A DNA stretch of 64,000 nt from Candidatus Nomurabacteria bacterium. GTDB lineage: Bacteria; Patescibacteriota; Minisyncoccia; Phycocordibacterales; UBA9973. The notes beneath the pieces are model-generated. The model worked only from the letters and a program-made list of their open reading frames with translations. It searched no databases and was not told the origin of the DNA. This document shows positions 9,430-18,700 of the stretch, one piece after another. How positions within the stretch are numbered: position 1 is the first letter of the stretch; the number at the start of each line of letters is the position of its first letter. The position numbers were made by a program, and so were the translations under genes. The stretch spans positions 174,839 through 238,838 of the forward strand of contig JAHFNH010000001.1 in NCBI GenBank assembly GCA_023267435.1. The letters run 5' to 3'.

Positions 9430-11046
9430 ATGAGTTTCGCAAAAGTTTATTCAGCACAAGTGAATCTACTTTCCGGAGTTATCGTGACTATCGAAGTGGA
9501 CTTGTCCCGAGGTCTTCATGCTTTCAGTATTGTCGGCTTGCCTGACAAGTCCGTCGACGAGTCTAAAGATCGCGTCAGCTCAGCTATCAAAAATTCAGGC
9601 TTTCAATCTCCTAAAGCCAAGAATCAAAAAATAATAGTTTCTTTATCACCCGCAGATCTTAAAAAAGAAGGGTCTTTTTTTGATCTCGGTATCGCACTTT
9701 CTTATATGCTTGCGGCTGGGGATTTGAAATTTAATCCGGAGAAAAAGATTTTCTTAGGTGAACTCGGGCTCGATGGCACTTTGCGCAGGATCAAAGGTGC
9801 TCTGCCTCTCGTGCAGGAGGCGAAAAGAATGGGTTTTGAAGAAGTTTATTTGCCGAAAGAAAATGCAGTCGAGGCGGCGTTGGTGGATGGGATTAAAATT
9901 TTCGGAGCAGGTAGTTTGAAAGAAGTTGTTGACCATATAGATGAAAGCAAACCTAGAAAATTTACTGATGGTCTGGCCGAGCGTACTCGCGAAGGAGAAC
10001 CGAGGACCTCAGAAAATTTTACTAGGTTTGCTGAAGAAGGAAAAATCCCCGTCCAGCCAAAAACAGAAATAAAATATGAAAAAGAAAGAAAAGGTTCCGA
10101 TTTTGCAGATGTTCGCGGACAAGAAGGTGCGAAACGTGGGCTCGAGATAGCCGCTGCCGGCGGGCATAATATAGCTATGTATGGCCCGCCGGGCACTGGC
10201 AAGACGATGCTGGCTCGAGCTTTCTCCGGACTTTTACCGGATTTAATTCTCGAAGATGTTTTGGAAATTACCGGCATACATTCTGTCGCAGGTGCGACGC
10301 GCGGAGAACTCGTTTCTAGTCCGCCTTTCCGTGCGCCACACCATACTTCGTCTTATGTTTCACTTATCGGTGGAGGAACTTTTCCAAAGCCAGGCGAAGT
10401 GACGCTCGCACATAAAGGAGTTTTATTTTTGGATGAATTTCCAGAATTTGAAAAAAGAGTTATTGAATCTTTGCGTCAGCCACTTGAAGACAATATCGTT
10501 TCGATTTCTCGCGCAAAAGGTTCGGCTATTTTTCCTTCGAATTTTATTTTAGTCGCAGCGATGAATCCGTGTCCTTGCGGAAATGCCGGCTCGAAACAAA
10601 AAGCTTGCATTTGCAAACCGTCAGACTTAGACAGATACAAAAGAAAACTTTCCGGCCCGATTATGGATCGTATTGATCTTTGGGTTTCCGTGAATAACAT
10701 TGATTACAAAAAACTTGGTGAAGACGGAATGGGGGAGAAGAGTGAAAATATAAAAGAGAGAGTCTCAAGAGCACGAGAAGTACAGAAAAATAGATTTCAG
10801 AAATTTGAAAGAACTATCAAAACAAACAGTGAGATGAATGTGAAAGATTTATCCAATATGGTGAAGCTAGCTGATGATGTTCGAAATCTTTTAGACAACA
10901 GTGCTGAAAGATTAGCCCTCTCCGCCCGTGCCTATCACCGCGTCATAAAAATAGCCCGCACGATAGCAGACCTTGAAAATTCTGAGGATATAACCTCAGC
11001 GCATATTCTCGAAGCTATACAATATCGTCCGAAAGTAAATAACTAA
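9430..11046 (+). CDS. comM: YifB/ComM-family Mg-chelatase-like AAA+ ATPase
   Basis: Lon-like N-domain, Walker A GPPGTGKT, and the MCM-like zinc insertion CPCGNAGSKQKACIC. Confidence 0.9.
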   Translation: MSFAKVYSAQVNLLSGVIVTIEVDLSRGLHAFSIVGLPDKSVDESKDRVSSAIKNSGFQSPKAKNQKIIVSLSPADLKKEGSFFDLGIALSYMLAAGDLKFNPEKKIFLGELGLDGTLRRIKGALPLVQEAKRMGFEEVYLPKENAVEAALVDGIKIFGAGSLKEVVDHIDESKPRKFTDGLAERTREGEPRTSENFTRFAEEGKIPVQPKTEIKYEKERKGSDFADVRGQEGAKRGLEIAAAGGHNIAMYGPPGTGKTMLARAFSGLLPDLILEDVLEITGIHSVAGATRGELVSSPPFRAPHHTSSYVSLIGGGTFPKPGEVTLAHKGVLFLDEFPEFEKRVIESLRQPLEDNIVSISRAKGSAIFPSNFILVAAMNPCPCGNAGSKQKACICKPSDLDRYKRKLSGPIMDRIDLWVSVNNIDYKKLGEDGMGEKSENIKERVSRAREVQKNRFQKFERTIKTNSEMNVKDLSNMVKLADDVRNLLDNSAERLALSARAYHRVIKIARTIADLENSEDITSAHILEAIQYRPKVNN

Positions 11047-11116
11047 TTTACTTGTTTCACCACAAATGATACTATCTAGATAAATAAACTTATCGTCGAA
11101 CCTTAACATAATCCTT

Positions 11117-11410
11117 ATGGAAACAAATAAACCTAAGTTACCCTTAATCTTTTTAGTGCGCAGAAAATGGAGAAATTCATTGTTTGCAGCCGGTATTCTT
11201 CATTATAAAATAGTTGGTTATAACTATATAGCTCCTGGTAGTAAAATGAGTGAGATTTCTCAAACAGGATGGATACCAATTAGACAGTATAATTTTGAAC
11301 ACCCGTATATGAAGAAAAGAATGGCGGAAGTTCAAAGGAAACAAGAAGAATGTTTAGAGCGAAAAAATGTGGACTGGGAAAGATTAAACAAAATTCGCAT
11401 AACGATTTAA
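11117..11410 (+). CDS. Hypothetical small protein
   Basis: 97-aa ORF followed by a terminator. Confidence 0.35.
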   Translation: METNKPKLPLIFLVRRKWRNSLFAAGILHYKIVGYNYIAPGSKMSEISQTGWIPIRQYNFEHPYMKKRMAEVQRKQEECLERKNVDWERLNKIRITI

Positions 11411-11420
11411 TCGTATGTGA

Positions 11421-11449
11421 AAAACCTGAGATATTCTCAGGTTTTTTTA
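11421..11449 (+). terminator. Intrinsic terminator
   Basis: Stem cctgaga/tctcagg plus a T-run. Confidence 0.65.
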
Positions 11450-11475
11450 ATTTATAGTTATCCACAACTATTTTA

Positions 11476-11504
11476 TTGACAGTGAACGAGCGTTCACTTA
11501 TACT
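11476..11504 (+). promoter_or_regulatory. Sigma70-like promoter (TTGACA-17-TATACT) with a LexA/SOS (Cheo-type) box in the spacer
   Basis: -35 TTGACA at 11476-11481, -10 TATACT at 11499-11504. The spacer contains the perfect palindrome AGTGAACGAGCGTTCACT, which includes GAAC-N4-GTTC. Confidence 0.6.
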
Positions 11505-11547
11505 ATTTATATAAGTCGAGATTAAAAATTTAACTTATAAAAATCGC

Positions 11548-11748
11548 ATGTCACAAACACAATATTTAAAATTATTAGAAAAGGAGATACAACATATCAA
11601 CAAGAAGATTGATATGAAAATAATGCAGGGAGAAGCTTATATGAAAGAGGCGAGAGATCATAAACTTCTTTTGAAAAAAGTGCGTTATCACTCTCGAAAG
11701 AGTTTCTTTAGCAGATTGTTTCCAACTTTTTTTAAATTTCAATTTTAA
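11548..11748 (+). CDS. Small basic protein, candidate SOS-regulated, co-transcribed with lexA
   Basis: 66-aa ORF between the SOS-box promoter and lexA. No homology is recognisable. Confidence 0.3.
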   Translation: MSQTQYLKLLEKEIQHINKKIDMKIMQGEAYMKEARDHKLLLKKVRYHSRKSFFSRLFPTFFKFQF

Positions 11749-11775
11749 ACTTTCTAATTTTTGTTTTAAATTTTT

Positions 11776-12342
11776 ATGCGTAATGTTTACCAAACACAAA
11801 TAGAATCTTTTTACTTGGATAATAAAAGAATGCCCACATATTCCGAAATGATGAAGCTTTTCGGATTCAAGTCAAAGAATGCTATTTTTAAAATTGTAAA
11901 CAAACTGCTCGAAGCAGGTGTCGTGGCAAAAGATCATCTTGGTAGATTGATACCGACAGAGTCTTTCGGAGAGATACCAATGCTTGGCTATGTGACGGCT
12001 GGACTGCCTGCGACTGTGGAAGAAGAATTGACTGACACAATAAAACTCGATGATCTTTTGATACAAAATAAATCTCTGACTTACATGTTGGAAGTTGATG
12101 GCGATTCGATGATCGATGCGCATATTGAAAAAGGAGATATGGTGCTCGTGGAGAAAACGAATCAAGCGAAAGATATGCAGATAGTCATCGCAGAAGTAGA
12201 TGGAGAATATACTATGAAATATTTTCGCAAAGAGGGTAATAAAGTCTGGCTCGAACCAGCTAATAAAAAATACAGTCCGATCTATCCCGAAAATAGTTTG
12301 AATGTCATTGCGGTCTTAAAAGCAGTAATCAGAAAATACTAA
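11776..12342 (+). CDS. lexA: LexA repressor (S24 peptidase)
   Basis: N-terminal wHTH. The catalytic Ser is in VDGDSM and the Lys in MKYF. The length and layout are typical of LexA. Confidence 0.85.
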   Translation: MRNVYQTQIESFYLDNKRMPTYSEMMKLFGFKSKNAIFKIVNKLLEAGVVAKDHLGRLIPTESFGEIPMLGYVTAGLPATVEEELTDTIKLDDLLIQNKSLTYMLEVDGDSMIDAHIEKGDMVLVEKTNQAKDMQIVIAEVDGEYTMKYFRKEGNKVWLEPANKKYSPIYPENSLNVIAVLKAVIRKY

Positions 12343-12356
12343 ATATAAAAATAGGT

Positions 12357-12394
12357 AAAACAAAAGCCACCCGAAGGTGGCTTTTGTTTTTTAT
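12357..12394. terminator. Bidirectional intrinsic terminator (lexA / hup)
   Basis: Stem aaagccacc/ggtggcttt flanked by A- and T-runs. Confidence 0.7.
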
Positions 12395-12408
12395 CTCGAG
12401 ATAAAATA

Positions 12409-12681
12409 TTATTCTACTGCGTCCTTCAAAGCTTTTGCAGCTCTGAATTTTGGAACTTTCTTAGCAGCTACTTTAACTTGCTCTCCAGTCTTTGGATTGC
12501 GAGCCATTCTAGCAGCTCTTGCCTTTACGGAAAAGATTCCGAATCCAGCAATTGATACATCTTCACCCTTTTTCATTGTTCCAACGATACCATCAAAGAT
12601 CGCATCGACGATTTCTTCAGCTTGTACTTTTGTACCGCCTAATTTTGCTTGTACTAATTCAACTAATGCTTGTTTATTCAT
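12409..12681 (-). CDS. hup: HU-family DNA-binding protein
   Basis: 90 aa with the typical HU sequence GFGIFSVKARAARMARNPKTGE. Confidence 0.9.
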   Translation of the reverse strand: MNKQALVELVQAKLGGTKVQAEEIVDAIFDGIVGTMKKGEDVSIAGFGIFSVKARAARMARNPKTGEQVKVAAKKVPKFRAAKALKDAVE

Positions 12682-12878
12682 ATTATTTTTTATATTAATT
12701 AAAATTTAATTGGTAATATTTCGACCTCTTTTTATAAAATAACTACGTATATATTATATACTAAGGGTTTTTTAAGGCAATAGCTTGCGCAAGTTATAAA
12801 TTTATTGATTAATTAATTTTTCTGTGGTAGATTTTGGGCAGATAAATAAAGTTATTCACAATTTTAAACCTTACTATT

Positions 12879-13976
12879 ATGCCGACAATTCAAAAAAAGG
12901 TGGAAGAAATAACCACTAGGCAGGAATTCAATGAATTTCTGCAAGAATGCCAGAAAAACCATAGCATGCCTTATGCTTACGCTAAAGGAGAGGGATTTTA
13001 CGAAGATAATAAACTTATTGCTGTCCGTTGGTTGTCTATTAACGTACAAAAGAATGATGATTTTCTTTCCAATTTAAAGGACAAAAATTCTAATTTTAAC
13101 GAAAAGATCACTAAACCAACCCTTATTTGTTTGAATGAAAATGAAACAATAGGAGAAGCTGTTTGTCGTGAAATTTACTCACCTTTTACAGAAGAAGATT
13201 GCTCTATTATTATGTTATATCCAACAAAGGAATCATTAACGGAAAAAGCACCCACCACAGCTGAAGATGCATTTTGCCGGCTTACCATGATTTCGCGCCT
13301 GGAGTTCAAACCGAATGAATTGAATTTGGATAACATTTTTTCTTTGCTTCCGACTTTAGTTTGGACAATGAAAGGAGTAATGACAGAAGATACATGGAAA
13401 AATGAATTCATGAAAAATAACGTCATTCAACCAATTGCAGTGGATAAGTTTCCCCCTATGTATTGGGGCGCTCCAATACCGAAAGGTGTGCGCATTGCAG
13501 ATCCTTCTCGTGTGCGCTTGGGAGCTTATCTTTCATCTGGGACCACGGTCATGCATGAGGGTTTTGTAAACTTTAATGCCGGCACTTTAGGAGCTTGCAT
13601 GGTTGAGGGCAGGATTTCTGCTGGTGTGGTAGTGGGTAAAGATTCAGATTTGGGCGGAGGATGTTCGATTATGGGCACACTTTCCGGCGGTGGAAAAGAA
13701 AAAATAACCATTGGAGAAAATTGCTTGATCGGAGCTAATGCTGGCACTGGAATTTCACTTGGAGATCGCTGTACGATAGAAGCAGGTTTGTATGTCACGG
13801 TTGGAATGAAAATATTTGTTTCGTCTTCACGTTTTGGTTTTGGTGAAAAAAATTATGTGAATGCGTCCGAACTTTCCGGAAAAACTGATATGCTTTTGCG
13901 TAGAGATTCCCATTCTGGTGTAGTAGAATTGCTTTGGAACGAAAAGCCGAACAAGCTCAACAAAGTTCTTCATTAA
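12879..13976 (+). CDS. Hexapeptide-repeat acyltransferase, DapD-like (tetrahydrodipicolinate N-succinyltransferase, long actinobacterial-type form)
   Basis: Left-handed beta-helix region VRLGAYLSSGTTVMHEGFVNFNAGTLGACMVEGRISAGVVVG recalls long-form DapD. Confidence 0.55.
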   Translation: MPTIQKKVEEITTRQEFNEFLQECQKNHSMPYAYAKGEGFYEDNKLIAVRWLSINVQKNDDFLSNLKDKNSNFNEKITKPTLICLNENETIGEAVCREIYSPFTEEDCSIIMLYPTKESLTEKAPTTAEDAFCRLTMISRLEFKPNELNLDNIFSLLPTLVWTMKGVMTEDTWKNEFMKNNVIQPIAVDKFPPMYWGAPIPKGVRIADPSRVRLGAYLSSGTTVMHEGFVNFNAGTLGACMVEGRISAGVVVGKDSDLGGGCSIMGTLSGGGKEKITIGENCLIGANAGTGISLGDRCTIEAGLYVTVGMKIFVSSSRFGFGEKNYVNASELSGKTDMLLRRDSHSGVVELLWNEKPNKLNKVLH

Positions 13977-13991
13977 TTAAGTTTAAAAATC

Positions 13992-14029
13992 AAAAAAGCC
14001 TTCCGATAAATCGGAAGGCTTTTTCTTTG
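13992..14029 (+). terminator. Intrinsic terminator
   Basis: Stem gccttccgat/atcggaaggc plus a T-run. Confidence 0.7.
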
Positions 14030-14071
14030 TTATTTAATTTTTATCTCGCGTACCCGGTAGTGAGACTTTGA

Positions 14072-14338
14072 TTAAGACTGAACATTTTTTGAAAAATAAT
14101 CTTTCAATCTCATTTTAAACATTCTTCTACCGATACTCGTTTTTAAATACTTTTCTCTACGTCTAGCATCAGACTCTAGTAAACACGCTTCGTAGTATAT
14201 TATTTTCCAAGGTCTGTATGGTTTGGTAGAAATGTTCAGTCCATTGTTATGTTCTTGAAGGCGTCGTTTAAGATCGTTCGTATATCCGAAGTATAATCTA
14301 CCAGTTTCTTTACTTTCAAGACTATAAACGTAGAACAT
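14072..14338 (-). CDS. GIY-YIG nuclease-domain protein (UPF0213-like)
   Basis: YVYSLESKETGRLYFGYTNDLKRRLQEHN is a GIY-YIG signature. Confidence 0.75.
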   Translation of the reverse strand: MFYVYSLESKETGRLYFGYTNDLKRRLQEHNNGLNISTKPYRPWKIIYYEACLLESDARRREKYLKTSIGRRMFKMRLKDYFSKNVQS

Positions 14339-14355
14339 AACGAATCAAAGATCTA

Positions 14356-15885
14356 CTACCGGGCGTATTCAATAACTCTTGTTTCGCGTATCAAGGTAAC
14401 TTTAATTTCACCTGGATATTTTAATTCTTGTTCTATTTTGAGAGCGATATCGCGAGCCATAAGCTTTGATTCAGCGTCAGATAATTTTTCTGGAGTAACA
14501 AAGATACGAATTTCACGGCCGGCTTGCAAAGCATAGGATTTTTCAACAGCAGGGAAGCCATTTACCAATGCTTCTAATTCTTGCAAGCGCTTCAAGTAGT
14601 TCTCAACAGAGTCTCGACGAGCTCCTGGACGTCCACCGGATATAGCATCGGCAGTTTGCACGATGACAGATTCGATAGTTTCATAAGGATAGTCCTCGTG
14701 GTGAGACTTCATGGCAGTGATGATGCGTTCATCCGCTCCGAATTTCTGCAAGATTCTCATACCGATTTCTATATGTGTTCCTTGGACTTCATGGTCAAGC
14801 GCCTTTCCGATGTCGTGCACCAAAGCTCCAGCTTTCGCTATTGCGACGTCAGCACCGAGTTCTTCTGCGATCATACCGGCGATATGCGCCATTTCGATAG
14901 AGTGTTGAAGAACGTTTTGTCCATAACTAGTTCGGAAGTATAAGCGTCCGATAATAGCGACGATGCGTGGATCGAAGTTGAAGATTCCACATTCGTAGAC
15001 AGCTTGTTCTCCTTTTTCTTTGATTATTTTATTTATTTCTTCTTTTGCTTTTTCAACTAGTTCTTCGATTTTGGCTGGCTGGATGCGTCCATCGAGAATT
15101 AAATTCTCAAGGGCGAAACGAGCCACTTGTCTGCGAACTGGATCAAAAGATGAGATGACGATTGTGCCGGGAGTATCATCCACGATAAGTTCAACTCCGG
15201 CTGCTCTTTCAAAGGCTCGAATATTGCGTCCTTCTTTTCCGATAATTTTTCCTTTGATTTCGTTATTGGGAATAGAGACAATTGTCGTCATCAATTCAGA
15301 AGCGGTGCTGGAAGCTAAACGTTGGATGGATGTGGCAAGAATATCCTTAGCACGTCTGTCCAATTTTTCTTCGTTATTATTCTCAAGCTTCTGCATTCTA
15401 ACCAAGATATCTTGTTCATATTTTCCCTCGATATCTTTAAAGAGAGCTTCCCTAGCTTCTTCTTCGGAGAGTCTAGCTACTTTTTCTAATTCAGTTCTTT
15501 TTTCTGCTTCAATGCCTAAGACTTTTTCCTGAATCTTTTTTATCTCTTCAACCTTTGTTTTTATATTTTCAACCTCTTTGTCTGTCTCGACTTGTCGAGC
15601 ATCCAAAAGCTCATCTTTTTTGATAAGTCTTTTTTCAGTCTCTTTAAATTCCTGCTCTTTCTTTTTCTCTTCTTCTTTCAACTCAGCGTAACCTTTTTCT
15701 GTTTTAGTCTTTGCTTCGTCGACTATTCTCTGCGCTTCTTCTTTCGCACCGACCATCATGTCTTTGATGTCGATTTCGATAGAGCGCTTTTTACCCAAGG
15801 CGATGATAAGTCGTAGGTAATATCCTACACCAACGCCTAAAAGGAGCGCGACGACTCCAAGTAGAATTATTGTTATTGTGCTCAT
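14356..15885 (-). CDS. rny: Ribonuclease Y
   Basis: N-terminal TM helix, a KH domain, and an HD domain (HDIGK). Confidence 0.9.
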   Translation of the reverse strand: MSTITIILLGVVALLLGVGVGYYLRLIIALGKKRSIEIDIKDMMVGAKEEAQRIVDEAKTKTEKGYAELKEEEKKKEQEFKETEKRLIKKDELLDARQVETDKEVENIKTKVEEIKKIQEKVLGIEAEKRTELEKVARLSEEEAREALFKDIEGKYEQDILVRMQKLENNNEEKLDRRAKDILATSIQRLASSTASELMTTIVSIPNNEIKGKIIGKEGRNIRAFERAAGVELIVDDTPGTIVISSFDPVRRQVARFALENLILDGRIQPAKIEELVEKAKEEINKIIKEKGEQAVYECGIFNFDPRIVAIIGRLYFRTSYGQNVLQHSIEMAHIAGMIAEELGADVAIAKAGALVHDIGKALDHEVQGTHIEIGMRILQKFGADERIITAMKSHHEDYPYETIESVIVQTADAISGGRPGARRDSVENYLKRLQELEALVNGFPAVEKSYALQAGREIRIFVTPEKLSDAESKLMARDIALKIEQELKYPGEIKVTLIRETRVIEYAR

Positions 15886-16084
15886 AAGTCTAATGTCGAC
15901 TCACAAGAACACTCCACTATATCTGTGGTTCTGTTTCCTTACTGTAAAATATTTGAAAGTTTTTCGTAAAGCACATAATATATGAGGTATTTCTGCAAGC
16001 CAAATCTAAATAAATTTTTAAAATCCAACATCTTCAATATAACAAATGCTGGATTTTTTGTCTATGGGAAGCCAAAAAGGAGAT

Positions 16085-16684
16085 TTAAGCTTTTTTATCG
16101 ACAATTTTTGATTTAGTGACGATTTCGTCGATGATTCCATATTTCTTGCCTTCTTCAGCATCCATAAAGAAATCTCTTTCTACATCCTTTTCTATTTGTG
16201 TAAGAGATTTACCTGTATTTTTTGCCAAAAGTTTATTTAAATTAGTTCTTGTTTTCAAAATATGTTTGGCAGTAATTTCAATATCTGTCGCTTGACCTTC
16301 GACTCCACCAGAAGGTTGGTGGATCATGATTTCAGCATTCGGTAAGATAAATCTTTTTCCTTTCTTTCCAGCTGACAATACGATAGCTGCACCAGAAGCT
16401 GCAATTCCTACGCAGAAAGTGGCGACATCAGGGCGAACATGATTCATAGTATCTACCATCGCCATAGTCGAAGTGACTGATCCACCCGGAGAATTGATAT
16501 AAAGATAAATATCTTTTTTAGCGTCTTCGGATTCTAGAAATAAAAGTTGTGCGATGACGATGTTTGCGGTGTTGTCATCTATAGGACCGCTCAAAAATAT
16601 AATTCTATCTCTTAATAAACGTGAATAAATATCGTAAGCTCTCTCTCCAAATTGTGATTTCTCTATAACTGTTGGTATTAACAT
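16085..16684 (-). CDS. clpP: ATP-dependent Clp protease proteolytic subunit
   Basis: Classic ClpP sequence with [10 protein letters not shown] and MIHQPSGG. Confidence 0.95.
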   Translation of the reverse strand: MLIPTVIEKSQFGERAYDIYSRLLRDRIIFLSGPIDDNTANIVIAQLLFLESEDAKKDIYLYINSPGGSVTSTMAMVDTMNHVRPDVATFCVGIAASGAAIVLSAGKKGKRFILPNAEIMIHQPSGGVEGQATDIEITAKHILKTRTNLNKLLAKNTGKSLTQIEKDVERDFFMDAEEGKKYGIIDEIVTKSKIVDKKA

Positions 16685-16819
16685 GCTCTTATCATATCTC
16701 TTGCCCCAAATTTTGCAAGTTGGAACTTTATAGACAAGGGATTGACAAATAAGTTTAATATTGTTATTGTCTGAGAAATATCTACTTTGAAAAAATATTT
16801 CACTTTAAATCCATAAGCC

Positions 16820-17194
16820 ATGAAAAAACATAAAAAAACAACAGTAAAGGCTTGCTGGATTTTCTTGCGAGCTTACTTTAAACCTACAGAGAAATATTTT
16901 TATTCTCTAAGTTCCACCAATAATCTAGGGGAAGATGAAATTGATCGCTCTCTTTGTCGTATGAATTTAATTGCACTTGAAACAGCTATTCCCAGATATT
17001 CCGAACAGTTTAGAGGGAAAGATAAAGTTTTTTCGAGTCTTAACACAATAGGGGATAATATTGAAATAATAAAAAGTTTTTTTGAAAAAAAAGAAGAAGA
17101 TGATAAAGAATCAAAATCGGAACAATTTGATTTTGATTTAACAGAATATCTTTCTTCAGTAAGAATCATTTCAAAAATTCTCGAATCAAAATGA
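16820..17194 (+). CDS. Hypothetical protein
   Basis: 124-aa ORF. Confidence 0.35.
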   Translation: MKKHKKTTVKACWIFLRAYFKPTEKYFYSLSSTNNLGEDEIDRSLCRMNLIALETAIPRYSEQFRGKDKVFSSLNTIGDNIEIIKSFFEKKEEDDKESKSEQFDFDLTEYLSSVRIISKILESK

Positions 17195-17203
17195 TTTTGT
17201 AAT

Positions 17204-17238
17204 CAAAAAAAGTCGACCCGATGGGTCGACTTTTTTAG
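17204..17238. terminator. Bidirectional intrinsic terminator
   Basis: Stem gtcgaccc/gggtcgac with a flanking T-run. Confidence 0.7.
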
Positions 17239-17259
17239 TTAATAGTGTTTGTTTAACGT

Positions 17260-18315
17260 TTATTGCGTTTCCAAGAATTGGAAAACTTTTTCGTTCGTCA
17301 AAACATTTTGTGCGTGAAGAGTGGCTCTTTCTCTATCTGCGTCTTTGTAATGTTCCAAAATATGGTCAACTTCTTTTTGAACTTGTTCCGGATCAGCGAC
17401 AATATTTTCAACTTCAGAAAGTTTATTTAATACCAAGCCAAGCTTAGCTTTCTTTTCAGCATCTTTTCTGAAATCTTTTCTAATTTCTTCAACTGTTTTA
17501 TTCAAGTGTTTCAAATAATCTTCAAATTTTAGGCCCATCTGGGTTATATCGGATTCCATTCGGAATAATATTTTATCTAATTCAGTTTCCACTAAAATTT
17601 CCGGCATATCGACTTCTGTCTTATCGATTATCTCTTCAACGATTTGTAATCTAGTTTTTTCTTTTTGCTGATTTTCTTTTTCTAGTTTTATATTTATTTT
17701 AAGTTTTTCTTTAAAATCTTCTACGTTTTCAAAGGGTCCGAGTTGTTGCACGAATTCATCATTGAAAGCAGGTAATTCCTCTTCTTTTGGTTCTAGACTT
17801 TCTTCACCCTCTACTGGTTCAGTGACGTGTTTCTTGGGTGCGCGAGATTTTCGGATATCCATGATGGTGTTTTCTACATCCTCGTCAGTGATAACGATAT
17901 TTTTCTCAGCATCGGTAACTTTAGAAATCACATCTTTAGCTATTTTTTTATAGTCGGGAAGTTTTGTTTCCGGCATGACAGCAGTTTTTATTTTAAATTC
18001 TAATGGATTATTACGAGCAAGTTTCGTGATAGCTATTTCTGGTCGGCTGATGGCGTCGATTTTATTTTCTTCGATTATTTTTGGATAGTGTTCACCTAGG
18101 GCCATTTGTGCCATTTCTTCCAGAATATGCATTTCAGGAATATGAGAAATTAAAATATTTTCAGGTGCTTTGCCTTTTCGGAATCCTGCGAGCTCTACAT
18201 TTTCACCGATTTTCTTCAATGCTTTATGATAATAGCCTTCGAAAGCTTCTGCTTCCAATTCTCCTTCGATTTCAACTTCGCTTTTTGCTAGTTTTTTTAT
18301 GTTTGTTTTAAGCAT
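17260..18315 (-). CDS. tig: Trigger factor (short form; the PPIase domain appears reduced or absent)
   Basis: N-terminal ribosome-binding motif GFRKGKAP. The length is 351 aa. Confidence 0.8.
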   Translation of the reverse strand: MLKTNIKKLAKSEVEIEGELEAEAFEGYYHKALKKIGENVELAGFRKGKAPENILISHIPEMHILEEMAQMALGEHYPKIIEENKIDAISRPEIAITKLARNNPLEFKIKTAVMPETKLPDYKKIAKDVISKVTDAEKNIVITDEDVENTIMDIRKSRAPKKHVTEPVEGEESLEPKEEELPAFNDEFVQQLGPFENVEDFKEKLKINIKLEKENQQKEKTRLQIVEEIIDKTEVDMPEILVETELDKILFRMESDITQMGLKFEDYLKHLNKTVEEIRKDFRKDAEKKAKLGLVLNKLSEVENIVADPEQVQKEVDHILEHYKDADRERATLHAQNVLTNEKVFQFLETQ

Positions 18316-18355
18316 CTTCGTATATTATATTTATTGGTCTTTTTTGTCAAAAAAT

Positions 18356-18394
18356 AAAAAACAGCCCCATCGCCTGCAGGCGACGGGGCTGTTT
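18356..18394 (-). terminator. Intrinsic terminator for the small minus-strand gene
   Basis: Stem cagcccc/ggggctg with a T-run on the minus strand. Confidence 0.6.
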
Positions 18395-18405
18395 AAAAAC
18401 TTCAA

Positions 18406-18603
18406 CTAGATTTTACTATCAAGATTATCGGAAACATTCTGAGTCGATCCGATATTTTGATCCGGAAGCGCAGGTTTTATTTTTCCCTTTACGCTTGTCT
18501 GCCAGAAATAAATTCCACCAATTATAAGGATGATTACAATAATAATTGAACCAACTAAAGCGCCATTTGATTTTTGTTCTTGAGATTGGTTATTCGATTC
18601 CAT
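18406..18603 (-). CDS. Small single-TM membrane protein
   Basis: 65 aa with the helix GALVGSIIIVIILIIGGIYFW. Confidence 0.4.
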   Translation of the reverse strand: MESNNQSQEQKSNGALVGSIIIVIILIIGGIYFWQTSVKGKIKPALPDQNIGSTQNVSDNLDSKI

Positions 18604-18700
18604 TCATTAATTATATACTAGATAATTTTTTTACCAAAATATCAAAAATACACAGGATAATTCTGTGTATTTTTGTGTTTGATTATATTGAATATTTTTT

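Noticed and set aside
12377-12709. 110-aa plus-strand ORF
   Set aside because: It is antisense to the well-supported hup gene.
15886-16084. Possible clpP terminator aatcca-N24-tggatt
   Set aside because: The loop is very long and the T-run is weak on the relevant strand, so the call was dropped.
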